Below, in pieces: positions 38,548-51,460 of a stretch of DNA of 64,000 bases. The first letter of the stretch is position 1, and every line of letters starts with the position of its first letter. Origin of the DNA: Heterodontus francisci (Eukaryota); NCBI RefSeq assembly GCF_036365525.1, contig NW_027140825.1, positions 992,001 through 1,056,000 of the forward strand, read 5' to 3'. The position numbers and the translations under genes were made by a program. The notes under the pieces are model-generated. The model ran no database searches, was not told the DNA's origin, and saw nothing but the letters and a program-made list of their open reading frames with translations.

Positions 38548-38580
38548 CACAGTGAGAGATGGAGCAGTTCAACAAAAACC
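38548..38580 (+). other. RSS with 17-bp spacer
   Basis: CACAGTG AGAGATGGAGCAGTTCA ACAAAAACC; 6 nt shorter than paralogs. Confidence 0.92.
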
Positions 38581-40313
38581 CCAAAGGCAGCAGGAAACAC
38601 CTGTTTCAGATAAAACCAGGCTGTGCTGCGTCCTGTTAGTTGTTTTTGGCATTGGAAAAGTGTTTTTCACAAGAAGACAGGGCGGATTTAAACAGAAAGT
38701 GAGAGGTTAGAAATAGAAGCACAGGGGAATTGTGAAATAGACTTCACAGGAATGATATCGGAACAAAGATAGTTTGAACATCTTTGCTCCAGAAAGGAGA
38801 AGACTGAAGGGTGAACATTCATAGTTCTTAGAAAGATTATAAAAGGGTTTAATGTGTGAAGTGAAGATCAGATAGGTAGGGAGATAGGTCGATAGATAGC
38901 TGGTAGGCAGACAGACAAAGTTGTGTTTTTTTCACTGACAATGTTGTCTTTATCCACAGCGACAGCAGAGGGCGGTGTAGGACCGTGATAAGTATCAGAT
39001 TATTGATGATGTTTCAATAGGGACTTTGAAACTTGTCTATGAACCTCTCCTGATAATTATAGAACTACATCCCGGTTACAGTCTGGTGAACTGAACACAA
39101 GGTACCGCAGATGCTGGATGGTTTAGGTTCTGGGCGCTCTGTCACTGTATTGGAGCTCATTGTGTTTCTGGGTTATAAATAAATAAGGATGGAAATACTA
39201 ATCAGGTCAGACAGCCTCTGTGGAGAGAGACAAAACATTAACATATCAGGTCGTAGACCTTTCAACAGAACTGGAAGGATTTAGTGATCTATCAGCTTTT
39301 AAGCAGCAGAAAGCCAGGGAGAGGGAGAATGGGAGGAATGCAGGAGAGACTTAATAACAAAACTGAGGCTGGTGCAAGACAAAGGAGATGTTAATGGGTC
39401 AAGTAAAGAACAAGAGATGGGTCTAGAGGAGGTGAAAGTAGCAGAAACACAATTATTACCAACAAACCTCTGCCCATATAAACCGGAGCAGTTGTTACGA
39501 TCAGAAATTGTTTAACTCACTGTTGAGCCCAGAAAGCTGCAAAGTTTCTGTTGAGCTTCACTGGAGCAGAGAAGGAGGTCGAGGACAGAGAGGTGGGAGT
39601 GGGAATGAGAATTAAAAGTATCCGCTAACTAGAATCTCAGGGTCACAGTTGCAGCCTGAATGCAGGATGTTCCACAATGCTGTTAGCCTGTTGCTGTACT
39701 TGGTCTCTGCAGCTAGTCCCACTCCCCCTGCCCTTTCTAAATAACACTGCATATTTTCCTTACACATAATTATTCAAATTTCCTTTTGAAAGCGACGATT
39801 GAAACTGCCTCCCCCGCACTCTCAGGTAGTGCATTCCAGATCCTAACCATTCACTGTGTCAAAACGTTTCCTCAGTTCACCTTTGGATCTTCTGCCAATT
39901 ACCATCAATAAGTGACCTCTGGTTCTCAATCAATCCGGTGATGAAACATAGAGATAGAGAGGGTGAATCAGGGAGACGTCGTGAGGAAAAGCTCAGTGGA
40001 AATGAACGGGACAGAGGGAGACAGAGACAGAAAGATGCACACACACACAAACACACACAGATACAGAGAGAGAAAGAGAGTGAAAGAGTTGTAGACATAA
40101 AGCTGGATGTATGCAGATAGAGAGAGAGAGAGAGAGACATTGTCAACCTACTCCACTCTGACATGTTTACCTGGGCGTCACCATCTGTGCATCACTTCCT
40201 AATGCTCTTCCTGTTCCTCCCAATGATTTGTAAAGAGTGGGTTGGTTATTAACAACACTCATCACTCCTGCTCTCTCCCCTTTGCTGATTCAGAGGGCAG
40301 CTTAAAGTAAATG

Positions 40314-40800
40314 ATGTATCTGTTACTGACTCTGATCACCCTGTTTCACCGTAAGGGATTTTATTGAAACAATAATTCTACTTAACATTTCTTTTGGATA
40401 TGTTTTTATTTCTCCCATTCTCTCTTTCTTGCCCTCTTTCTCTCTCCCCACTGGACTGAAATTCCCTGTTTACTGATCTCCTCCTCTCCCTGTCTCTTTC
40501 CCAGATGTGAACTCACAGACTATCCACCAGACTCCCGCCGCTGTCTCCAAATTTTCTGAGGAGCAGGTGAAGCTGAAATGCACCGTGCAGGGCAGCAGTA
40601 ACCCTGACATGTTCTGGTACAGACAATACCCGGGGAAGGAGCCACAGTTTATGTTTTACTCCACAGGTACTGATCACATAAATCCGGAGAAGGCGGTGGA
40701 TGTTTTTGCCGCCGAGAGACCGACTAGCTCCCAGTTCAATCTGGAGCCCTCCAGTCTGCGGGAATATCACACGGCCATGTATTTCTGTGCCTGGAGAGAT
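40314..40800 (+). CDS. TRBV: TRBV30-like family B V segment (apparently functional)
   Basis: Leader 40314-40350 (extra in-frame ATG at 40311), intron 40351-40504, V exon 40505-40800 ending YFCAWRD; RSS 40801-40839 CACAGTG-23-TCAAAAACC. Confidence 0.9.
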
Positions 40801-41319
40801 CACAGTGACTCAGAGAGATGGAGCAGTTCATCAAAAACCCCAAAGGCAGCAGGAAACACCTGTGGAGGGTAAAACTGCCCGAAGCCTCGAATTTCTTTCG
40901 TTTTGCAGAGCGAAAGTGTTTATGATAACAAGAAGAGATGGGTTAGAGTGGTAGTGAGAGATTAGATATACAGGTAGTAGAGAATGTGCTGAGAACAATT
41001 AACAAGGATGACACCAGATCTGAGGTTGTAACTATCAGGAAAGATCAACTAGAAAAAGACTTGAGTTTTTCTGCATTGACACTGAGTTTTCCTCCTCTGT
41101 AGGGTTAACAGAGGGTGCTCTCGGACCATGAATACACAATGGCCTGGCAAACATTTAATAGGAAAACAGAAAGAGGCAGAGGTCATACAGCCCTCGAGCT
41201 TCATACACATTGACAGGAGAAGCACATTCATCACCTTAGAGAGGGATATACACACACTCAACGAGAGAGACAAATCGAGGAAGACCGAGTGTGTGAGAGA
41301 GGGATAGAACAAGATTGAG

Positions 41320-41830
41320 AGGAAAACTGACAGAGACAGAGAGACTGAGACAGAGAGACTGAGACTGAGACAGAGAGAGACTGAGAGAGACTGAGAGAGA
41401 GAGACTGAGAAAGAGAGATTGAGACAGACAGGAGAAGAGAGAGGAGAGCGAGGAGGACAGAGAGGGGGAACAAGAAAGAGAGAGAGGGAGAACAAAAAAC
41501 ACAGAGGAAGAGACTGAGACAGAGAGACTGAGACAGAGAAACAGTGAGGGAGACTGAGAGAGAGAGACTGAGAGACAGAGAGAGACAGAGAGTGAGAGAG
41601 AGACAGAGAGAGAGAGACAGAGACAGAGAGAGAGAGACTGAGAGAGAGACAGAGAGAAAGCGACTGAGGGAAAGCGACTGAGACAGAGAGACAGACAGAG
41701 GAGAGAGAGGAGGACAGAGAGGGGGAAGAAGGAAGTGCGAGAGAAAAGCAAAAAAAACACAGAGGAAGAGAGTGAGACAGATTGGGAGACAGACACACAC
41801 ACACACAGAATGAGACAGGGAGAGAAAGAC
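41320..41830. repeat. (GA)/(GAGACA)/(GAGACT) simple-repeat field
   Basis: Direct inspection; explains the SLSL-rich spurious ORFs. Confidence 0.92.
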
Positions 41831-42582
41831 AGCAAGCAGTAAAACAGAGGGAGACAGTTAACTAAAGACAGAGCGAGTGAAAAACACACGCACACACATG
41901 CACAGCTTTGTATCCGTGCCCATTCATCTTCCGGCTCATTGAATAAGAATATCCCGTGATCTCAGGATTGTAACTATCAGGAAAGAATAACAATAAAAGG
42001 ACTGGGGCTGTTATAGACTGACACTGTGTATATGTTCACCACAGGGACAGCTGAGGACGCTCTTGGACCATGTGATGTACAATGGCTTTTGAGAAGGAGT
42101 TCACAGGAAAACTGAAACAGTGAGAGAACATACAGTCCTCCAGGTTGATATACATGACCAGGAGAAGGAAATCCACATCCTTAGAGAGAGAGAAGCGAGA
42201 GAGAGAGACACACACAGCGAGAGAGACAGAGAGACAAACAAAGAGAGAGAGAGAGACCTAATGTGTGTGTATCTGTGAGAGAGAGACTGAAATAAACAGA
42301 CTGAGACATATAGGGAGGCACAGAAGAGAGACAGAGAGGAAGAAAGGAGCATCACAAGTAAAGGACAGGGAGAGACAGAGAGAGAGAGAGAAAGTGGGTC
42401 ATTGGCAACCAACTCGATTCTCATTTGTTGATGTGGGAAATGAACGTCACCATCTCTGCATCATTTCCTAATGCTCTCCCTGTTCCTCCCAATGATTTGT
42501 AAAGAGTGGGTTGGTTATTGACAACACTAATCACTCCTGCTCTCTCCCCTTTGCAGATTCAGAAGGCAGCTTAAAGTAAAAG

Positions 42583-43067
42583 ATGTATCTGTTACTGACT
42601 CTGATCACCCTGTTTCACCGTAAGGAATTTTATTGAAACAATAATTCTACTTAACATTTCTTTAGGATATGGTTTTATTTATTTCGTTCTCTCCTTCTCT
42701 CTCTTTCTCTCTCCCCACTGGACTGAATTTCCCTGTTTACTGATCTCCTCCTCTCCCTGTCTCCTTCCCAGATGTGAACTCACAGACTATCCACCAGACT
42801 CCCGCCGCTGTCTCCAAATTTTCTGAGGAGCAGGTGAAGCTGAAATGCACCGTGGATGGCACCAGGAACCCTTACATGTACTGGTACAGACAATACCCGG
42901 GGAAGGAGCCACAGCTGATGTTTTACTCCCTAACTGCACAAAGGGTGAACTCAGAGGGGACGGTGGAGGGTTTCACCGCCGAGAGACCGACTGACTCCGA
43001 GTTCAACCTGCAGTCCTCCAGCCTGCGGGAGAATCACTCGGCCGTGTATTTCTGTGCCTGGAGAGAT
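42583..43067 (+). CDS. TRBV: TRBV30-like family B V segment (apparently functional)
   Basis: Leader 42583-42619, intron 42620-42771, V exon 42772-43067 SQTIHQTP..CTVDGTRNPYMYWYRQ..YFCAWRD; RSS 43068-43106 CACAGTG-23-ACAAAAATC. Confidence 0.9.
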
Positions 43068-44004
43068 CACAGTGACTCAGAGAGATGGAGCAGTTCAACA
43101 AAAATCCCAAAGGCAGCAGGAAACACCTGTGGAGGGTAAAACCGTTTGGTGCCTCTACCTGTTGTTTCCTTATTCAGAGTGACAGTGTTTGTTACAATAA
43201 AAAGAGTTGAGTTATGATTGTAGTGACACATTAGATTTACAGGTACTGCCGAGGGTGCAATGAACGATTAATGAGGATGTCACGAGATCTCAGAATGTAA
43301 CTATCAGGAATCAATGACAATAATCTGGGTTTTTATGCACTGACCCTGTGTTTACCTTCTCCACAGGGACAGCAGAGGGGGATCCAGGACCATGGACCAG
43401 ACAATGGCTTTGAGAAGGATTTAGTGAGAAAACTAAGAGAGCAGGAGATCATGTCGATCCAGCTTAATATACGTCAACAGGACAAGGACACCCACTACTT
43501 TAGAGAGAGAAAGAGAGTGTATGTGTGTGAAAGAGAGAGCGAGGTCCAGTGAGAGAGAGGAAAAACGACAGACAGAGTGAAAGTGACTGAGACAGAGAGG
43601 GAGACGGAAATCGAGGAAAAGACAGTGAGACAGCAAGAGACACATAATGAGAGAGAGAGAGACACTGAGAGAGAGACGGAGAGAAAGAGAGACTGAGATA
43701 AAGAGCCTGCGATGGATAGGGAGACAGAGCTCGAGAGAGACAGAGACAGGGAAATAACTAAAGAGATAACAAGAGTATGAGAGAGGGAGAGTCAGAGAGA
43801 AGGAGAGAATTGGAGACATAACCTTAGATACATGAGGAGAGAGGGAGAGTCAGAGAGAGAAAATGAGTGAAGACAGACTGAGATAGAGAGGGAGAGAGAG
43901 TCTGAGAAAGGAAGAGAGTGGGAGACATAACCCGAGACACATGAGGTGAGAGAGAGAGAGAGACAGCGAGAGAGTGCAAGAGAGCGGAAGGTAAACTGAG
44001 ATAG

Positions 44005-44049
<45 letters not shown>

Positions 44050-44236
44050 CAGATTGGCAGCCAATTCAATTCTGATTTGTTGACCTGGGGGAATGGGCGT
44101 CTCCAACATTGTATCACTTCCTAATGCTCTTCATGTTCCTCCCAATGATTTGTAAAGAGTTGATTTTGACCCTCACAAGAGTCTAAGCTCCTGCTCTCAC
44201 TCCTGTGTCTATTAAGAGAACAAGTTGAAGTGAAAG

Positions 44237-44692
44237 ATGTATCAGTTACTGTGTCTGATAATCCTGTTTCATTGTAAGTGAGCATGAAATGCAAAGATTA
44301 TCGTTAATAACCTTCCTCTCCTCTCCCTGTCTCCCTTTCATTCCCAGATGTTCCCTGTTTACTGATCACCTCCTCTCTCCATCTCTCTCCCAGATGTGAA
44401 CTCACAGACTATCCTCCAGACTCCCGCTGCTGTCTCCAGATTTCCCGGGAAAGGAGTGGAACTGAGGTGCACAGTGGAGGGGAGCAGCAGTAACATCTAC
44501 ATGTACTGGTACAGACAAGAGCCAGGGAAGGAGCCGCTGTTGATGTTTTACTCCAATACTGCTAACTATGTGGATCCAGAGGGGACGGTGGACGGTTTTA
44601 CCGCCAAGAAACTGAATAAGTACGAGTTCAAACTGGAGTCCTCCAACCTGCGGGAGAATCACTCAGCCATGTATTTCTGTGCCTGGAGTCTT
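44237..44692 (+). CDS. TRBV: TRBV30-like family B V segment (apparently functional)
   Basis: Leader 44237-44273, intron 44274-44393, V exon 44394-44692; RSS 44693-44731 consensus 23-RSS. Confidence 0.9.
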
Positions 44693-45073
44693 CACAGTGA
44701 CTCAGAGAGATGGAGCAGTTCAACAAAAACCCCAAAGGCAGCAGGAAACACCTGTTTCAGATAAAACCAGTCGGTGCTGCTTCCTGTTGGTTGTTTTTTT
44801 TATCATTGGGAACATGTTTCTCACAAGAAGACAGTGCGGATTTAAATAGAAAGTGACAGGTTAGATATAGAAGCACAGGGGAATTGTGGAATAGACTTTG
44901 CAGAAATGATATCAGAACACAGAGGTTAAAGTTATCAAGATAGTTTGAACATCGGGGGATCTTTGCTCCAGAAAGGAGAAACTGAAGGGTAAGCATTCAA
45001 CGGTCTTAGAGAGATTATTACAGATTTTAATATGTGAAATGAAGATCAGATAAACACAGATAGATAGATAGAG

Positions 45074-45104
<31 letters not shown>

Positions 45105-46347
45105 TACATCCGTTGTCGTTGGATGTCACGGTGTTTTCTTTCTCCAAAGGGACAGCAGAGTGCGCTGCAGGACCATGATAAACATCAGAGTCTGGAACAC
45201 ACTTTAACTGCGACCTGGGAACACAAGGAGTTCATTCATCACCTCGAAAACACTCCGCCCTTCAATGAGATCATGACTGATCAGTAACGTCCTGTCGCTC
45301 CCTCTCTCCATCCCTCTCTCTCCCTCTCTCCATCCCTCTCTCTCCATCCCTCTCTCTTCCTCTCTCTCCCTCTCTCCATCCCTCTCCCTCCAAACCTCTC
45401 CCTCTCTCTAGCCCTCACTACACGTAGGCAAACAACCCCACAATGTATAGGAACTAACTCAGCTCGGAACTCTTAACCATCTGAGCGCTGTTTCACACTG
45501 TTCAAAAGTGAGACCCCTCTCCAGATACCTTCATCTCCGGGACTGGGACATCTGCCTCCTGACGGCGAGATCAGAAGCTGCTGAAACCTGTTTACCAACT
45601 TTCATCTCAGACTCGAGTCGCATTTGATGTGTTCTTCAAAGAAACCAGCAGTTCAGACCAGTGAACAATTTAACCCTTTAACTCCCATTCAGCAAAGAGG
45701 TACGGTAGCAGAGTGGTTATTTTACTGGACTAGTAATCCAGAGGCCTGTACTAATGATCCCCGGACATGAGTTCAATTTTCACCAGGGGCAGAAATGGAA
45801 TTTAAATTCAATTAAATAAATAAATAGAAATCTGTCATGGAAAGTATGAGCAATCCTGTACATGGAGTGTCGTAAAAACCCAACGGATTCATTGATGTCC
45901 TTCAAGGAAGGAAATCTGCCGTTCTTACCCGGTCTGGCCTTTAAGTGACTGCAGACCCACAGCAATGAGGTTGACTATTAACTGCCCTCTGATATGGCCC
46001 AGCAGGTACTCCCAAAGATGGTTCACCATCACCTTCTCAGGGTCAATAAGGGATGGGCACACTCTCTGGGTATAGAGGCTTGTTTCCCTGAATTCTACTC
46101 TATCAAAGCCCTTTCTGAAATGTGAACACCTCTATTCAATCTCCCCCTATCCTCCTGTGTTGTATCATTCCACAACATTGTTATGCAAAGTAATGGGGTG
46201 GAGCAGAGTGTCGCAGTAAGTGACTGCCAATAACAATGACAACTGGATGCTGGGTATTTAATTGGATACGATATAGAAAACGCCTGCAAGTGTGTTGTTG
46301 AAAACTCCACACGTTCACACATCGAGTTAGTATCGAATGAAGAAATC

Positions 46348-47180
46348 ATGTTGCATGAAGTTCTCTGTTTAATCTTGATGGCTGCATTCTTTCCACGTAA
46401 GTGAAAGTCAGAAACTGTGTAGAATAATGTATTGTAATGTCAGCGGTGATTCTGTCTGGAACACTCCTGTGTCTGAGTCTCACTCCACAACACTAGAGCT
46501 CAAAGTCAAAAGTAACACCCCAGGTGTCAGGGCTGAGGGAGTGCTGCACTGTCGCAGAGGCAGGACTGAGGGAGTGCTGCACTATCGCAGAGGCAGTACT
46601 GAGGGAGTGCTGCACTATCGCAGAGGCAGTATTGAGGGAGTGCTGCACTGTCGCAGAGGCAGTACTGAGGGAGTGCTGCACTATCGCAGAGGCAGTACTG
46701 AGGGAGTGCTGCACTGTCGCAGAGGCAGTACTGAGGGAGTAACTACATTGGTTGCAAAGCCTTTCTGATGTCTTGAGGTCCTGAACGGCGCTATATTAAT
46801 GTCAGCCCTTTCTTTCTTGCAATGCAGCTCCTGCTCCAATCCATTATTGACTGAAATAATAATTTAATCGATGTTCCATCCCACAGGAATACTCGCCTCC
46901 TATGTGGAACAGTCGCCCTTTATCCTATCGATTGCAGCAGGAGATTCAACAACACTCAGATGCACGCTGACCAATACTGGCTGTACATTAATGTACTGGT
47001 ACAGACAACAACCAGACAGGGCACTGGAATCTCTGTTCTATTCTGCGACAGAAGGGTCTGTTACAAATTACACGTCTGAGTCATTTAATGCAGTCAGATC
47101 CAGCAATGCACTGTTTACTTTGGCACTGAGAAACGCTGCTCCATCTCACACCGCTGTCTATTTCTGTGCTTGCAGTATCG
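46348..47180 (+). CDS. TRBV: TCR beta V segment, CACS family copy 2 (apparently functional; extra CDR1 Cys)
   Basis: Leader 46348-46396, intron 46397-46886, V exon 46887-47180 ..CTLTNTGCTLMYWYRQ..YFCACSI; RSS 47181-47219 CACAGTG-23-GCAAGAACC. Confidence 0.88.
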
Positions 47181-47239
47181 CACAGTGTTTGAGAAAGCGG
47201 ATTCGCAGCTGCAAGAACCTGCAGCGGATGAACGGGAGT

Positions 47240-47460
47240 TCAGTGCTCATCATCCACCGGCAGGGGGCAGCAGTAGATTGAATGTCAGTGTTCATCTTCC
47301 ACCAGCAGGGGCAGCAGTAGATTGAATGTCTGTCCTCATTTTCCCCCGACAGGGGGCAACAGTAGATTGAATCGCTGTGCTCATCTTCCACCGGCAGGGG
47401 GCAGCAGTAGATTGAATCTCAGTGCTCATTTTCCACCAGCAGTTGGCAGCAGTGGATTTG
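47240..47460 (+). repeat. ~45-bp tandem repeat x5, each unit carrying a CTCF-like core
   Basis: Cores at 47257, 47302, 47346, 47391, 47436; single copy in the paralog at 32658. Confidence 0.85.
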
Positions 47461-47502
47461 AGCCTCCCTGATGGTTATGGACCCAGTAATAGAACACAGA
47501 CC

Positions 47503-50500
47503 TTAGAACATTACAGCGCAGTCCAGGCGCTTCGGCCCTCGATGTTGCGGCGACCTGTGAACCCATCTGACCTAAACTATACCATTTTCATCCATATGTC
47601 TATCCAATGACCACTTAAATGCCCTTAAAGTTGGCGAGTCTACTACTGTTGCAGGCAGGGCGTTCCACGCCCCTACTACTCTCTGAGTAAAGAAACTACC
47701 TCTGACATCTGTCCTATATCTATCACCCCTCAACTTAAAGCTATGTTCCCTCGTGTTTGCCATCACCATCTGAGGAAAAAGACTCTCACTATCCAACCTA
47801 TCTAATCCTCTGATTATCTTATATGTCTCTATTAAGTCACCTCTCCTCCTCCTTCTCTCCAACGAAAACAACCTCAAGTCCCTCAGCCTTTCCTCATAAG
47901 ACCTTCCCTCCACACCAGGCAACAACCTAGTAAATCTCCTCTGTACCCTTTCCAAAGCTTCCACATCCTTCCTATAATACGGTGACCAGAACTGCACGCA
48001 ATACTCCAGGTGCGGCCGCACCAGAGTTTTGTACAGCTGCAGCATGACCTCGTGGCTCCGAAACTCGATCCCCCTACTAATAAAAACTAACACACCGTAT
48101 GCCTTCTTAACAGCCCTATTAACCTGGGTGGCAACTTTCAGGGATTTATGTACCTGGACACCAAGATCTCTCTGCTCATCGACACTACCAAGAATCTTCC
48201 CATTAGCCCAGTACTCTGCATTCCTGTTACTCCTTCCAAAGTGAATCACCTCACACTTTTCCGCATTTAACTCCATTTTCCATCTCTCAGCCCAGCTCTG
48301 CAGCCTATCTATGTCCATCTGTAACCAACAACATCCTTCGGCAATATCCACAACTCCACCGACCTTCGTGTCATCCACAAATTTACTAACCCACCCTTCT
48401 ACACCCTCATCCAGGTCATTTATAAAAATGACAAACAGCAGTGGCCCCCAAACAGATCCTTGCGGTACACCACTAGTAACTAAACTCCAGGATGAACATT
48501 TACCATCAACCACCACCCTCTGTCTTCTTTCAGCGAGCCAATTTCTGATCCAAATCACTAAATCACCTTCAATCCCATACTTCCGTATTTTCTGCAATAG
48601 CCTACCATGGGGAACCTTACCAAACGCCTTACTGAAATCCATATACACCACATCCACGGCTTTACCCTCATCCACCTGTTTGGTCACCATCTCAAAAAAC
48701 TCAATAAGGTTTGTGAGGCACGACCTACCCTTCACAAAACCGTGCTGACTATCGCTGATGAACTTATTCTTTTCAAGATGATTATAAATCCTATCTCTTA
48801 TAACCTTTTCCAACATTTTACCCACAACCGAAGTAAGGCTCACAGGTCTATAATTACCAGGGCTGTCTCTACTCCCCTTCCTGAACAAGGGGACAACATT
48901 TGCTATCCTCCAGTCTTCCGGCACTTTTCCTGTCAACAATGACGACATAAAGATCAAGGACAAAGGCTCTGCAATCTCCTCCCTGGCTTCCCAGAGAATC
49001 CTGGGATAAATCTCATCTGGCCCAGGGGACTTATCTATTTTCACACTTTCCAAAATTGCTAACACCTCCTCCTTGTGAACCTCAATCCCATCTAGCCTAG
49101 TGGTCTGTATCTCAGTATTCTCCTCGACAACATTTTCTTTCTCTACTGTAAATACTGATGCTAAATATTCATTTAACGCAACCCCTATCTCCTCTGATTC
49201 CACACACAACTTCCCACTACTATTCTTGATTGGCCCTAATCTAACTCTAGTCATTCTTTTATTCCTGATATACCTATAGAAAGCCTTAGGGTTTTCCTTG
49301 ATCCTATCCGCCAATGACTTCTCGTGTCCTCTCCTCGCTCTTCCAAGCTCTCCCTTTAGATCCTTCCTGGCTAGCTTCTAACTCTCAAGCGCCCAAACTG
49401 AGCCTTCACGTCTCATCCTAACATAAGCCTTCTTCTTCCTCTTGACAAGCGCTTCAACTTCTTTAGTAAACCACGGCTCCCTCGCTCGACAACTTCCTCC
49501 CTGCCTGACAGGTACATACTTATCAAGGACACGCAGTAGCTGCTCCTTGAATAAGCTCCACATTTCGATTGTGCCCATCCCCTGCAGTTTCCTTCCCCAT
49601 CCTACGCATCCTAAATCTTGCCTAATCGCATCATAATTTCCTTTCCCCCAGCTATAATTCTTGCCCTGCTGTATATGCCTGTCCCTGCCCATTGCTAAGG
49701 TAAACCTAACCGAATTGTGATCACTATCACCAAAGTGCTCACCTACATCTAAATCTAACACCTGGCCGGGTTCATTACCCAGTACCAAATCCAATGTGGC
49801 ATCGCCCCTGGTTGGCCTGTCTACATACTGTGTCAGAAAACCCTCCTGCACACACTGGACAAAAACTGACCCATCTAAAGTACTCAAACTATGGTATTTC
49901 CAGTCAATATTTGGAAAGTTTAAGTCCCCCATAACAACTATCCTGTTACTCTCGCTGCTGTCGAGAATCATCTTTGCTATCCTCTCCTCTACATCTCTGG
50001 AACTATTCGGAGGTCTAGATTAGATTAGATTAGACATACAGCACTGAAACAGGCCCTTCGGCCCACCTAGTCTGTGCCGACCATCAACCACCCATTTATA
50101 CCAATCCTACACTAATCCCATATTCCTACCAAACATCCCCACCTGTCCCTATATTTCCCTACCACCTACCTATACTAGTGACAATTTATAATGGCCAATT
50201 TACCTACCAACCTGCAAGTCTTTTGGCTTGTGGGAGGAAACCGCAGCACCCGGAGAAAACCCACGCAGGCACAGGGAGAACTTGCAAACTGCACATAGGC
50301 AGTACCCAGAATCAAACCCGGGTCCCTGGAGCTGTGAGGCTGCAGTGCTAACCACTGTGCCACTGTGCCGCCCCACAGGTCCATAGAAAACTCCCAACAC
50401 GGTGACCTCTCCTCTCCTGTTTCTAACCTCGGCCCATACTACCTCAGTGGACGAGTCCTCAAACGTCCTTTCTGCCGCCGTAATACTCTCCTTGATTAAC

Positions 50501-51460
50501 AATGCCACACCCCACCCCCACCCCCCTCTTTTACCATCTTCTCTGTTCTTACTGAAAGATCTAAATCCCGGAACCTGCAGCATCCATTCCTGTCCCTGCT
50601 CTACCCATGTCTCCGAAATGGCCACAACATCGAGATCCCAGGTACCAACCCATGCTGCAAGCTCACCCACCTTATTCCGGATGCTGCTGGCGTTGAAGTA
50701 GACACACTTTAAACCAAGTTCTTGCTTGCCAGTGCCCTCTTGCGTCCCTGTAACCTTATCCCCTACCTCACTACTTTCAACAGCCTGTACACTGGAACTA
50801 CAATTTAGGTTCCCATCCCCCTGCTGAATAAGTTTAAAACCCCCCGAAGATCACTAGCAAATCTCCCCCCCAGGATATTGGTACCCCTCTGGTTCAGGTG
50901 AAGACCATCCTGTTTGTAGAGGTCCCACCTACCCCAGAAAGAGCCCCAATTATCCAGGAAACCAAAACCCTCCCTCCTACACCATCCCTGCAGCCACGTG
51001 TTCAACTCCTCTCTCTCCCTATTCCTCGCTTCGCTAGCACGTGGCACTGGCAAGAACCCAGAGATAACAACTCTGTTTGTTCTCGCTCTAAGCTTCCACC
51101 CTAGCTCCCTGAATTTCTGCCTTAAATCCACATCTCTCTTCCTACCTATGTCGTTGGTGCCTATGTGGACCACGACTTGGGGCTGCTCCCCCTACCCCTT
51201 AAGGATCCCAAAAACACTATCCGAGACATCACAAACCCTGGCACCTGGGAGGCAACACACCAACCGTGAGTCTCTCTCGTTCCCACAGAACCTCCTCTCT
51301 GTTCCCCTAACTATGGAGTCCCTAATGTCTAATGCTCTGCTCCTCTTCCCCCTTCCCTTCTGAGCAACAGGGACAGACTCTGCACCAGAGACCTGTACCC
51401 CATTGCTTACCCCTGGTAAGTCGTCCCCCCCCCCAACAGTATCCAAAACGGTATATCCAA
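47503..51460 (-). mobile_element. Long young CR1 (HER1-like) LINE: 3' part of ORF1 (SGNH esterase-like), ORF2 APE + RT; inactivated by stops and a SINE insertion
   Basis: ORF1 DSIVRG..VHIGTNDIG..DGLHLN; APE ISETW, MGDLNFP, LDLVL, DSDHN; RT ORF 47572-49314; imperfect TSD AAT(AGA/GAG)CACAGACC; empty site at ~32710. Confidence 0.95.
50016..50373 (-). mobile_element. HE1-type V-SINE nested in the CR1 endonuclease region
   Basis: tRNA-like head GGGCGGCACAGTGGCACAGTGGTTAGCACTGC, V-domain GTGGGTTTTCTCCGGGTGCT.CGGTTTCCTCCCAC, CR1-derived tail ending (TCTAA)n. Confidence 0.9.

Noticed and set aside
41049-41895. Long SLSL/LSIY-rich ORFs here and at 12951-13296, 16277-17131, 25950-26908
   Set aside because: Translations of microsatellites and N gaps
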